The notes under the pieces are model-generated. The model saw nothing but the letters and a program-made list of their open reading frames with translations, was not told the origin of the DNA and ran no database searches. Below, in pieces: positions 35,800-46,055 of a stretch of 64,000 bases of DNA. The DNA is from an uncultured Actinomycetota bacterium. Its GTDB lineage: Bacteria; Actinomycetota; Actinomycetes; Mycobacteriales; Pseudonocardiaceae. The position numbers were made by a program, and so were the translations under genes. How positions within the stretch are numbered: the stretch's first letter is position 1; the number at the start of each line of letters is the position of its first letter. The stretch covers positions 24,168 through 88,167 of the forward strand of contig CAWADQ010000042.1 of assembly GCA_963780835.1 (NCBI GenBank), given 5' to 3'.

Positions 35800-36575
35800 A
35801 TGAAGATCGGGCTCCACATCTCGGACTTCACGTTCTCCCATGGACCGAGCGGGCTCGCGGAGGACCTCACCCGCGTTGTCGCTGGTGCCGAGGACGCCGG
35901 GTTCGCCCGTGTGAGCGTCATGGACCATGTCTGGCAGATCTCCGTCCACGGGCCGCCCGAGCACGAGATGCTCGAGGCCTACACGACGCTGGGGTACCTC
36001 GCGGCCCGGACCTCGCGGGTCGACCTGCTGGCCTGGGTCACCGCGGTCACCTACCGGCCGCCCGGGCTGCTCGCCAAGATCGTCAGCACCCTCGACGTCC
36101 TGTCCGGCGGCCGGGCGTGGCTCGGGATCGGGGCGGGCTGGAACGAGGAGGAGGCGCGCGGGCTCGGGCTGGGCTTTCCGCCGCTCGCCGAGCGCTTCGA
36201 GCGGCTCGAGGAGACCCTGCAGATCTGTCGGCAGATGTGGGACGCCGACGATGATGGTCCGTTCCGCGGGAAGCACTATCACCTCGACCGCACGCTGAAT
36301 GTGCCCGCGCCGCTGCATCGGCCGCGGGTTCTCATCGGGGGCGGCGGGGAGCGCAAGACGCTGCGGCTGGTCGCGAAGTACGCCGACGCGTGCAACCTGT
36401 TCGTCGGGCCCGAGCTGCCGCGCAAGCTGGAGGTCCTGCGTGGGCATTGCGAGGCCGAAGGCAGACCTTACGACGAGATCGAGAAGACCGCGCAGATGGT
36501 GCTGGACGTCGGTGACCGCGGTGAGAAGATCGACGAATTCCTCGCCACCCTTGCCGAGATCGGGAAGCTGGGCGG
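35800..36575 (+). pseudogene. LLM-class F420-dependent oxidoreductase, 3'-truncated
   Basis: VMDHVWQI, LEAYTTLGYLA, LDVLSGGRAWLGIGAGW, GGGGERKTL; homology stops at IGKLG and the frame reads through into the antisense of the next gene up to 36897. Confidence 0.75.
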
Positions 36576-38021
36576 TCAGCGCCCGGGTACGTGCAGCACC
36601 AACAGCCGGGACGGGATGCCGGTGTCGCGCAGGTGCCCTGCCGCATCGAAGGCGTCGGCGCCGTTGCGCATCCCGAAATCGTTGTCGTTGGCGACCGCCA
36701 CTGTGGACGGGCCACGTACGGCGACGCCCTCGATCTTCGACGGCGCATTCGGCACGGCGGCGGTCACGTCGACCAGCAGCGACTTGGTCAGCGCGACGAC
36801 GCCACCCGGTCCGGCTTGCTCCAGGCTCGGGCGGTGTGCCGGGTCGTCCAGCTCGCCGTTGAGGATGTTGGTCGCGCCGGACAGCCGGACGAGGTAGAGC
36901 TTCGTGACGTCGTCGGTGCGCTCGTCGACCAGCAGCTGATCCGGCCCGTACCAGGCCAGCGCGCTGATCTTGATCTCCGACTGGTCGCCCTCGGCCCCCG
37001 GGTCGAAGCCGGTCACGTCCTCCAACGGATACACATACTCCGCGGTCGGACGTGCGGTGGTGGTGTCGACGGCGAGGACGCGGACCGCGCGGGAGGCCTT
37101 GCCGGTCTTCGTGTCGGGCTGGGCCAGCGGGCTCTGCAGCGCGGCGTACAGCGTCCGCCCGTCCGGCGCGATGGCCAGCGACTCGAACCCCCGGTTGGCC
37201 TGGCGGTCGGTGAACACGGCGGGCAGGCTCTCCACGACCGGATAGCCGGCTCCGGGCAGGGCCAGGCCCTGGGGGACGAGGCGGGCGAGCACGGTGCCGG
37301 TGGCCGAGATCCGCAGGATGGACGGGGAGTACTCCTCGGACAGCCAGAACTCCCCGTTCGGCGCACGGACCAGGCCCTCGGTGTCCAGGCCCGAGGGGTC
37401 GGCGGCCAGGGGAGTGGTTCCGGTCAGGTCGTAGGGCGCCTCGTCGCGCTGCGGGTCGTTCGACAGCCCCGTCACCGGGCGACCGTCGGTGGTGGTCACC
37501 GGGATGACCTGCAGGAGGGTCAGCGGGGCATCGGGCTGTGCGCGGACCCGGAGCAGCAGCGGGTCGAACTGCGGAACGGGGAAGGTGCGGCGGTTCTTGC
37601 CGTCCACCTCGACCTGCCCGTTGGGGCCCCGGTCGGTGACCATCCAGTACTCGTCCGGGGCGGCGGCGGGAAACAGATCGCTGCCGATGCCGCCCAGCGC
37701 GATGCCGTGATCTACCTCCGGCGCCGGATCCGCCGTGCCGTCGCTCCCGGCCTGCCCGACGGTGAGGCGGTCGGGCCAGCCGGCTGCATCCGGCAGGAAC
37801 CGGGCGAGCGGGAGCCGGGGCAGAGCGGCGTCGGTGAGGACCGACACCCCGGGTGGCGTGGACGTGGGTGCGGGGGGCCCGGCCGACGGTTCCACCGGGC
37901 GGGGCGGCGCCGCGGCGCAGGCGCTCAGCAGAACCGAGCTCACGACGAGCGGCCCGAGTAGGCGGGCAGGAGCGCCCCGGAGTGGTCGCACCACCCCATC
38001 CTGACCGTCCCGGGTGAACAC
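36576..38021 (-). CDS. Phytase-like (esterase-like activity of phytase family) lipoprotein; true start may be ~37990
   Basis: Lipobox LSAC; TDRGPN, DTEGL, SEEYSPSI, NRGFESL, LQSPL, KIEGV, NDNDFG. Confidence 0.85.
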   Translation of the reverse strand: MFTRDGQDGVVRPLRGAPARLLGPLVVSSVLLSACAAAPPRPVEPSAGPPAPTSTPPGVSVLTDAALPRLPLARFLPDAAGWPDRLTVGQAGSDGTADPAPEVDHGIALGGIGSDLFPAAAPDEYWMVTDRGPNGQVEVDGKNRRTFPVPQFDPLLLRVRAQPDAPLTLLQVIPVTTTDGRPVTGLSNDPQRDEAPYDLTGTTPLAADPSGLDTEGLVRAPNGEFWLSEEYSPSILRISATGTVLARLVPQGLALPGAGYPVVESLPAVFTDRQANRGFESLAIAPDGRTLYAALQSPLAQPDTKTGKASRAVRVLAVDTTTARPTAEYVYPLEDVTGFDPGAEGDQSEIKISALAWYGPDQLLVDERTDDVTKLYLVRLSGATNILNGELDDPAHRPSLEQAGPGGVVALTKSLLVDVTAAVPNAPSKIEGVAVRGPSTVAVANDNDFGMRNGADAFDAAGHLRDTGIPSRLLVLHVPGR

Positions 38022-38412
38022 CGGATGGCCCGCGGGGCAACAGCCGCCCTATGCCGACCCCGGTGCGGCGGTCACAGATCGACGGCCAGCGCCTGCCCCT
38101 GGCCAGGGAGTCGCATTTCCCCCAACTCCACCCGGCCGCCGGGGAGTTCCCAGTTGCCGCTGTTGCGGCGACGGACGAACGGGACCCGTCCGTCGCCGTC
38201 GCGGATGGCGGCGAACGCGCGCTGGCGGCCCGAGAGCCGCCAGAGACACGCTACGGTCGCGTGCGGGGTCGGCGGCGGTCGTGCCGCCGGCAGAACAGCG
38301 AACCCTCCATGACCTCACCGATAAGGGCCTCCACGAATCCGCGGTCCACGCGGACGCCCGGCGCCGCCGGGCGCGGCAGCTGTCGGGTTGTCCCGGAGCT
38401 GAGGAGGGATGC

Positions 38413-39294
38413 ATGACCTCGACGAACTTCGATCCCGTCGGCTACAAGCGTTCGACCCGGGATCAATGGCAAGCGGCGGCCGCGGCTTGGCGCCGATGGT
38501 TGCCGGTGATCGACGGCTGGCTCCGCGAGGGCACCGACGTGATGCTCGACCTGGCGGGGGTGCGGGCCGGAGCCCGGGTGCTCGACGTGGCCGCCGGGGC
38601 GGGCGGGCAGAGCTTCGCCGCAGCGCGACGGGTGGGCCCGAAGGGCGAGGTGCTTGCGACGGACCTCGCCGAGAACCTCGTGCGCTACCTGGAACAGGAC
38701 GCGGCGGCCGCTGGCTTGACCCAGGTCCGTGGGGCGGTGATGGACGCGGAGGACCTGCGCGTGCCGGCGGGGCGGTTCGACGCGGTGATCTGCCGTCTCG
38801 GGCTCATCTACCTGCCGGACCGCAAGGCCGCCCTCAGCGGCGTGCACGCGGCCCTGAGGCCGGGCGGCCGTCTGGGGGCGATCGTCTACTCCACCCCCGA
38901 GGCGAACCGGTTCTTCTCGGTGCCAGTGTCGATCATCCGCCGTGCGGCGCAGCTTCCCCCTCCGCTGCCGGGTCAGCCCGGTCCGTTCAGCCTCGGCACG
39001 CCGGACGTTCTGCGGTACGAGCTCGAGGCGGCGGGGTTCGTCGACGTCGACGTCCGCGCGCTTCGGGCCCCGCTGCGGCTGGCGTCGGCAACGGAATGCG
39101 TCCGCTTCGAGCGTGAGTCGTTCGGGGCGCTGCACCAGATGCTTGCCGGGCTGAGCGCCGATGCCCAGGCCGCGGTGTGGCGGGAGATCACCGACGCTCT
39201 GACCGAGTTCGAGGGACCCGACGGCTTCGTCGCCCCCTGCGAGCTGCTCGTGGTAGCCGCTGCCAGGCCGTCTGCCCTACCGGGCGAGAGCTAG
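38413..39294 (+). CDS. Class I SAM-dependent methyltransferase (UbiE-like), 293 aa
   Basis: GAGGAGG RBS; VLDVAAGAG, FDAVICRLGL, LRPGG. Confidence 0.88.
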   Translation: MTSTNFDPVGYKRSTRDQWQAAAAAWRRWLPVIDGWLREGTDVMLDLAGVRAGARVLDVAAGAGGQSFAAARRVGPKGEVLATDLAENLVRYLEQDAAAAGLTQVRGAVMDAEDLRVPAGRFDAVICRLGLIYLPDRKAALSGVHAALRPGGRLGAIVYSTPEANRFFSVPVSIIRRAAQLPPPLPGQPGPFSLGTPDVLRYELEAAGFVDVDVRALRAPLRLASATECVRFERESFGALHQMLAGLSADAQAAVWREITDALTEFEGPDGFVAPCELLVVAAARPSALPGES

Positions 39295-40214
39295 TGGATC
39301 TTGTTCAGTGCCGGGCTCAGTTGCTCCGCCACATCCTGAGCAGTGATCAAGTGGGAGGTGACGGTGTCGACGTCGTTGGGTCCGGTCATGTTCTGCTCGG
39401 TGGTCACGACGTGCTCGGTGACGAGCGAGACGACGGCGAGGAGATGCGTCTGCAGCTCCGGGTCGTCCTTCACCGAGTCGCGGATGAGAAGCGTGATGTT
39501 GCGCAGGTTGTCCAGGTCGTTGATGAGTATCTTCGAGTCGACCGCCGTCTTGGGCTCGCCACTCGCCTTGATCTTGTCGACGATCTTCTTGGCGTCGCCG
39601 GAGAAGCTCTCCTTCCATGCGTCCAGCAGTTGGCTGTCGTCGGGCTTGGCCGCCACCCGCTTCTTCAGGAGGTCCTCGATCCAGGTGGCCCTGTCCACCA
39701 GGTCTCCGGGGAAGTCGGACGCGTAGGGCATGCGAGTCCCCTTCCCTTTGCTGGGGCTGACGTGAAGCTCCCAGTAGAGGGAATGGACCAGCCGGAGCAG
39801 CTGGAAGACGGTCCCGTTCTCCGGACGCTGCTCGTCCAGGGTTCGTGTGTTGAACTCGGCAACGGCATCTCCCACGCCGTCGGCGATCCTCGCCGCGGCT
39901 TCGAACTGTCGCGGTCCTTTCTTCGCCAGTTTCAGCGCCTGCCGAAGGGGTTCCACGACCGACTTCTGCCAGTCGAGCCGCTTCTTCGACTTCTGCGGTG
40001 GTGGGGTGGGCTTCGTCGGCTTGGGCTCGGGATGCGTGACTTTCGGTCTGGGTTTGAACACCTGGCGCTGAAGCGCGCCGGTCACCGCCTGGTTCCCGGC
40101 GGAGCGCTGCAGTTGCAGCAGAAGGGAGGTGGGTGGTCGATCCACACCCGCCGGCGTGCGGACTTGGACGCGTGATCGGCGTTCACTGTCACGGGACTCG
40201 AAGGAACCTGCCAT
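39291..40214 (-). CDS. Hypothetical protein with an N-terminal LQRxAGNxAV motif, 307 aa
   Basis: GGAGG RBS; LLLQLQRSAGNQAVTGALQR, then a Pro/Lys linker and a helical domain. Confidence 0.7.
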   Translation of the reverse strand: MAGSFESRDSERRSRVQVRTPAGVDRPPTSLLLQLQRSAGNQAVTGALQRQVFKPRPKVTHPEPKPTKPTPPPQKSKKRLDWQKSVVEPLRQALKLAKKGPRQFEAAARIADGVGDAVAEFNTRTLDEQRPENGTVFQLLRLVHSLYWELHVSPSKGKGTRMPYASDFPGDLVDRATWIEDLLKKRVAAKPDDSQLLDAWKESFSGDAKKIVDKIKASGEPKTAVDSKILINDLDNLRNITLLIRDSVKDDPELQTHLLAVVSLVTEHVVTTEQNMTGPNDVDTVTSHLITAQDVAEQLSPALNKIH

Positions 40215-40302
40215 GTGTGGCCTCCACGCGGTGCCCAGGCCGACCGCCCGCGCGCAACCTTCTCACCTCGCGCGTGGACGCGCCAGGAGCCGGTATCGGG
40301 GG

Positions 40303-42817
40303 TCACCCAGGCCTGCGCGGTGGTCTCGTCGGCGCCTGCAGAGGATCTTCGGGCCACGCGTGCTTGGGGTAGCGGCCCCGCAGCTCGGCGCGCACCTGCG
40401 GATAGCCGGTGGCCCAGAACGACGTCAGGTCTGCGGTGACCGCGGTCGGCCTGCCCGCGGGGGACAGCAGGTGCAACACGACGGGCAGCCTGCCGTCGGC
40501 GACGGTCGGGGTGGCGGTCCAGCCGAAGATGTCCTGCACCTTGACCGCGAGCACCGGCTGGTCCGCGGAGTAGTCCACGGCGATCCGAGAACCGGACGGC
40601 ACCTCGATCCGCTCCGGGGCGAGCTGGTCCAGCCGGGCGGCGTGCCGGTGGTCGAGCAGCGCACGCAAGATGGTGGCGGCGTCGATCCGGGCGAGGTCGG
40701 CGCGGCTGCGGGCGCGTGAGAGCCGGTGGTCCCACCACCGGTCGGGGTCGGCCAGCAGGGCGGCATCGGACACGTCGGGCCACCCGGGTCGCCGCTGTCG
40801 CCGAAGACGCGGTGCAGGGTGGCGAGCCGGTCGCGCAGGCGCCGGGCGTGCTCGCTCCACCGCAACAGCCCGAGACCCTCGGTGCGCAGCCCCCGCCGCA
40901 GAGCGCTCGCGACGGCGTCGGGGTCGGGGCGCTCGAGGCGGCGCTCCGTCAGCACGATCGCCCCGAGCCTGCGCACCCGGCGGGCGACGACGTCGCCGTC
41001 GACCCATGCCACCTCGTCCTCCTCGACGAGCAATGCGGGCGCGGCCAGCTCGGCCAGCTCACGATCCGCGGCGGCGGCCAGCCTGATCCGCCCGTGCTCC
41101 GCGCCCGGCGTCCGATCGGCGACGGCGACCGCCAGCCATTCCTGGCCTGCCAGCGGGCTCCCGGCAGGCAGCTCCACGGCCGTGCCGCCGGACATCAGGT
41201 ACACGTCGCGGTGCAGGCGCTGCGGGCCGGTGCCTGCGGGGCGGCGACGCGCCAGCCGCTCCGGATAGGCCAGCGCGACGACCAAGCCGGTTGCCCCGTC
41301 ACCCGGCCCCGCGGGTGTCGGGGAACGCGCGGGGGCGCCGGATCTGCGGGGCAGCAGGCGCCGCAGCCGGGTGACCTCGACCCGCCAGCGCCCGGCTCCG
41401 CGGGCTGTTCCGGACCGCAGCCGTCGCAGCTCGTCGTCCGCGGCGACACCCTCGGCCAGCGTGTCGTCGTCGATCAGTGCCACCACCTCGGCGGCCGCTC
41501 GCGCACCCACCAGCGCCGCCCCGTCGAGCAGCGCGCGGGCCAGCCGCGGGTGCAGCCCGAGCTCGGACAGCCGCCGCCCCCGGTCGGTGACGCCGCCGTC
41601 GTCCAGCGCCCCGAGTGCCCGCAGCACCTGCTGCCCGGCCTGCAGCGGTCCGGTCGGCGGTGGGTCCCACCAGCGCAGCCCGCTGCCGTCCGGCGTTCCC
41701 CAGCAGGCCAGATCCAGCGCGAGCCGGGTGAGGTCGGCGGTGCGGATCTCCGGCTCGGGATACCGGGCGAGCAGCTCGCCCTCGGGCCAGCAGCGGTACA
41801 CGCGACCCGGCGCCTCCCGCCCGGCGCGCCCGGCGCGTTGCTCCGCGACGGCCGCCGACACCCGCACGGTGACCAGCCCGGCCAGCCCACGTCGATGATC
41901 GGTCCGGGGCGTCCGGGCCAACCCGGCGTCCACCACCGCGCGGACCCCGGGCACGGTCAGGCTCGACTCCGCCACCGCCGTCGACAGCACCACCCGCCGC
42001 CGCGGCCCGGGTGTCAACGCCACGTCCTGCTCGGCGGCGCGCAGCCGTGCCGTGCAGCTGGATCACGTCGACGTCGGCCAGGTCCGCGCCCGCCAGCAGC
42101 TGTGGCCGTGCGGCGGATCTCCGGCACGCCGGGCAGGAACGCGAGCACGTCGCCGTCGCCCTCGTGCAGCGCGGTCCGCACCGCACGGGCCACGCAGGTC
42201 TCGATGCGCTCGCCGCGGGCAGGCGGGGTGTGCCGGGTCGCCACCGCGAACATCCGCGCCTCGACCCGCAGCACCGGTGCTTCGCCGAGCAGCTCGGTGA
42301 GCCGGTCCGTGGCCACCGTGGCCGAGGTGGCCAGCAGCCGCAGGTCCGGACGCAGCCCGGCGCGCGCGTCGAGCAGCAGCGCGAGCAGCAGATCCGCGTC
42401 GAGATGCCGCTCGTGACATTCGTCGAGCAGCACCGTGTGCACGCCGTCCAGCTCCGGGTCGGTCATCAGCCTGCGCAGCAACAGCCCGGACGTCACCACC
42501 TCGATGCGGGTGCGATCCGACCTGCGCGAGTCGCCACGCACCGCGTAGCCGACGGTCTCACCGACCGGTTCACCGAGCAGCACGGCCATCCGGGCCGCGG
42601 CCGCCCGGGTGGCCAACCGGCGCGGTTCGGCGACCAGCACCCGGCCCCGGTCCGGATCGACCGCCGCCGCCAGGGCCAGCGGGACCAGCGTCGTCTTCCC
42701 GGTGCCCGGCGGCGCGACCAGCACCGCGCTGCCGTGCGCGGCCAGCGCGTCGGTGACCGCGCCGAGCACCGCACGCACCGGCAGGTCTGGCAGCTGGGAC
42801 AGATCGGGGAGCCGCAT
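40303..42817 (-). CDS. hrpB: ATP-dependent RNA helicase HrpB, with apparent frameshifts at ~42103, ~42048 and ~40783
   Basis: APPGTGKT, EPRRLA, DECHER, SAT, STAVAESSLT, QRAGRAGR, LLSPAGRP, ELRGRYPKHAWP spread over four frame segments. Confidence 0.9.
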
Positions 42818-42885
42818 CGGCGCTCAGTGTGCCCCGCCCCGGCCCCATGATCCGATTCCGCGCGCAGCGGGCATGGAGGAAGCGT

Positions 42886-43552
42886 TCAGCGCGGCACGCG
42901 GCCGACGGCGCAGCGCGCCACTGCAGCCAGTTCGAACGGGCCGTTCCCGACGTCAAGCCGCCGCTCGACGTCGGCGCGCAACCGTTGACGATGGTCTTCG
43001 GGCAGCGCGACGGCGTAGGAGCCTGCCGGCCCGATGCCCTCCATGAACCCGGTCCACAAATCCTCGAACCCGGTGTAGAGCGCGGAGACGCCGAGGCTGG
43101 ACTCGACGAGGTCGACGAGGCCGGCCGCCTCGAAGAGCTCGACGATCTCGCCAGGCTTGCCGAAGCGCATCACCCGGCCCTCGTCAGGGGCGTCGGGGTC
43201 GAGGGCCTGTGCCGCGTCCCAGAAGGTCCGGAGCATCTCCATCTCCCCGGCGAAATCCCACACGCAGGCAGCCACCGCGCCACCGGGTCGTACCACTCTG
43301 CGCATCTCCGCGGCCGCCGCCGGCGGGTCGGACACGAAGTGCAGCACGAGCTGGGCCAGGGCGGCATCGAACTCGTCGTCGCCGTACGGGAGCTGCTCGG
43401 CACGGCCTGGCCGGGCGTCGACGCCCGGCACGCGAGTCCGGCACTCGTCGAGGAACGGCGGCGACGGATCACAGGCGCTCACGGCGGCGACGCCCAAGCG
43501 ATCGGCGAGCACGGTCGTCAGGGCGCCCGGTCCACACCCGACGTCGAGTCGT
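42886..43552 (-). pseudogene. Class I SAM methyltransferase, 5'-truncated
   Basis: Homology begins abruptly at LDVGCGPG; FDAALAQLVLHF, VRPGG. Confidence 0.75.
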
Positions 43553-43668
43553 TCAGGGACACGATCGGATGATCTTGGGCGCCCGGCGGATGCCCGGTGT
43601 CTACCCTCCTCCCGAGGTTGCTCGTCACGTCGACGACCTGCTGTTCCGGCCAGGAAGAGAGCCCAGAG

Positions 43669-44610
43669 ATGATCACTTCCCGACTCGGAGCGCGGCCGGA
43701 CAACGCGCGTCCCGGCGTACTGGCCCGGCGCCCGCTGGTGTCCTTCTTCCTCATTTCTTATGCCGGCGCGTGGCTGCTGGAGTTGCCGATCGTGCTCTCC
43801 CGAACCGGCACCGGCCTCCTGCCGTACACCCTCCCCCCGATCGTGGTGGTCGTCGCGATTGCGGCCGCGACATTCACGGGCCCGACGTTGTCGGCGTTCG
43901 TCATGGCCCGGGCGACCGAGGGCAGGGAGGGCCCGAAGCGCCTGCTGCGCCGGTACGTGTTGTGGCGTGTGAAGCTTCGGTGGTACCTGTTCGTCCTGCT
44001 GGTCGTCCCGGCCAGCGTGGTGCTCGGCGCGATCGTTCTGCCCGGCGTCCTCGCGTCGCACCAGCCGGTGACGCTCGGGCTGGTGCTCGGCTACCCGTTG
44101 GCCTTCGTCGCGACGTTCGTCCTTGGCGGGCCGTTGGGCGAGGAGCCTGGCTGGCGCGGCTTCGCGCTGCCCCGTCTGCAGGCGGCGTACGGGCCGCTGG
44201 CCGGCAGCATCCTTTTGGGCGTGCTGTGGGCCTTGTGGCACTTTCCCCTGTTCTGGACCGGTGTGTGGACGCCCCCCACCGTGGCGAACATGGTCATGTT
44301 CGTCGTGATGATCACCGCGCTGACTGTCGTCATGACGTGGGTGTTCAACAACGCCGAGGGCAGCCTGCTGATCACCATGTTGATGCACGCGTCGTTCAAT
44401 ACGTTCGCGAACAAGGTCGTGGCGCCGTTGTTCCCCGCCCCACTGCTCGCTGACTACGGTCTGCTGCCGGTGCTGGTCGGGTTCGGTGCGGTGGCGTTGA
44501 TCGTCGTGGCGGCGACGCGGAGCCGGCTGAGCTTTGACGACGAGCGGCGTACGCGGGAGACGGACCCGGCGGCCCTGCCGCCCGACGGGTCTGGTCTTCA
44601 TCAACGTTAG
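43669..44610 (+). CDS. CPBP (CAAX/Abi) intramembrane glutamic endopeptidase
   Basis: GEEPGWRG, WALWH, HASFN; multiple TM segments. Confidence 0.9.
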   Translation: MITSRLGARPDNARPGVLARRPLVSFFLISYAGAWLLELPIVLSRTGTGLLPYTLPPIVVVVAIAAATFTGPTLSAFVMARATEGREGPKRLLRRYVLWRVKLRWYLFVLLVVPASVVLGAIVLPGVLASHQPVTLGLVLGYPLAFVATFVLGGPLGEEPGWRGFALPRLQAAYGPLAGSILLGVLWALWHFPLFWTGVWTPPTVANMVMFVVMITALTVVMTWVFNNAEGSLLITMLMHASFNTFANKVVAPLFPAPLLADYGLLPVLVGFGAVALIVVAATRSRLSFDDERRTRETDPAALPPDGSGLHQR

Positions 44611-44652
44611 GGGGCTTCCCGGGGAGTTGCCTCTTCTCGAAACCCACAGGGC

Positions 44653-45012
44653 TCAACCTGGGCCATCGGGGTGGGCGAGATCGTAGGCGCGGGAGAGCTT
44701 CTTCGGCACCACCATGCGCCAGGCGTCGACCACGAACTCGCACGCCTCCGCCGGGTCGAGGGTGGCTAGATCGGCCTCCACCCAGTTGAACCGCAGGTCC
44801 GACGGCTGCGGCAGGTGGAAGCGGTGCGGCTGCGCCGCGACGAGCGCCGCCCGCTCCTCCTTGGGAAACGCGAAACCCAGCTCTGTCTCGTCACGCGAGA
44901 ACGCGACGTAGACGATCTGCTTGACGCGGAACTTCAGCCTGCCCCGGACGTAGACCTCGTACGAGCGCTCCAGGCTCGAGCCCAGCCACCGCACGTCCTC
45001 GACCGTGGCCAC
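44653..45012 (-). CDS. MmcQ/YjbR family DNA-binding protein, 119 aa
   Basis: VATVEDVR...KFRVKQIVY...FPKEERAAL...DAWRMVVPK. Confidence 0.8.
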   Translation of the reverse strand: MATVEDVRWLGSSLERSYEVYVRGRLKFRVKQIVYVAFSRDETELGFAFPKEERAALVAAQPHRFHLPQPSDLRFNWVEADLATLDPAEACEFVVDAWRMVVPKKLSRAYDLAHPDGPG

Positions 45013-45245
45013 GTCAGGACCAGGCGGTCGGGACAGCGCAGAACCGGACGAGCGCGAAAGGAAGCACGCCACACGGTAACGCGGCCGCTCAAGGCTTCCC
45101 AGCGCCTCATGACTCGCAGTAGGCGACCCTGCTGCCGGGGTCAGCAGCCGGGGAAAACGCGTGCCGGTAGAGTGACCGGGCCGCAACAGAGCGCAACGAA
45201 TGTCGATGCACGGGGGACGTGTCGACCCGACAGGAGGTCCGACAG

Positions 45246-45413
45246 ATGAAGACATTCGCCTGCGGCGCGGTGGTGCCCGGGTGCACCGCGTCGTTCACCG
45301 CCGAGACCGAGGAGGGCATCCTCGAGCAGGTCGCCCGCCACGCCCGTGAGGACCACGATCTGCCCGAGGTCCCCGAGGAACTGGTCCGCCAGGTTCTGGC
45401 GAACCTCCAGTGA
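45246..45413 (+). CDS. DUF1059 small metal-binding protein, 55 aa
   Basis: AGGAGG RBS; MKTFACGAVVPGC...HAREDH. Confidence 0.85.
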   Translation: MKTFACGAVVPGCTASFTAETEEGILEQVARHAREDHDLPEVPEELVRQVLANLQ

Positions 45414-45414
45414 C

Positions 45415-45977
45415 ATGACCACGACGCAGGACGCCGCCGTCCGGGCCTGCCGCGGGTCCGGCGTCCTGCGCATGGACTTCCAGCCGATCATCGACACCGC
45501 GCGCGGCACGGTCGTCGGCTACGAGTCGCTGGCCCGCTTCAGCGGCCCGCCACACGCCACACCGGACCGCTGGTTCGCCGTCGCCCGCGCCGCCGGCGTC
45601 GGCGCCGAGCTGGAGGCCCGGGCCCTGCGCACCGCGCTCGAGGCGCGGTCCGCCCTGCCGCCGAACTGCTTCCTCTCCGTGAACGTCGGTCCCGATGCAC
45701 TGCTCGCCGCGCCGGTCGCCGCCGTGTTCGCCGGCGCCGGCGACCTGCGCGGCGTCGTCGTCGAGATCACCGAACAGGTCGCGGTGACCTGCTACGACGC
45801 CCTGATCACCGCGATCGCGCCGGTGCGCGCGGCCGGTGCGCTGCTGGCGGTCGACGACGCGGGCGCCGGTTTCGCCTCGCTCAAGCACATCACCGTGCTG
45901 CGACCGGACTTCGTGAAGGTCGACCGCGACCTGGTCGCCGGCATCGACACCGACGAGACGAAGGCCGCCGTGGTCGA
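45415..45977 (+). pseudogene. EAL (c-di-GMP phosphodiesterase) protein, 5' part, interrupted by IS66
   Basis: FQPI, YESLAR, VNV, EITE, AVDDAGAG, VKVDR. Confidence 0.88.
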
Positions 45978-46055
45978 GTAAGCAGTCAGACCCCCGGCTG
46001 ACCTGCGGCGTGTCGGTACTGGTGTCCGGTCTTTGATCATGCTTGACTCCCGGCC

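Noticed and set aside
40303..42817. hrpB as a true pseudogene or programmed frameshift
   Set aside because: Three isolated single-base indels with otherwise intact motifs and no slippery site; similar indels occur elsewhere, so sequencing error is at least as likely. Needs read inspection.
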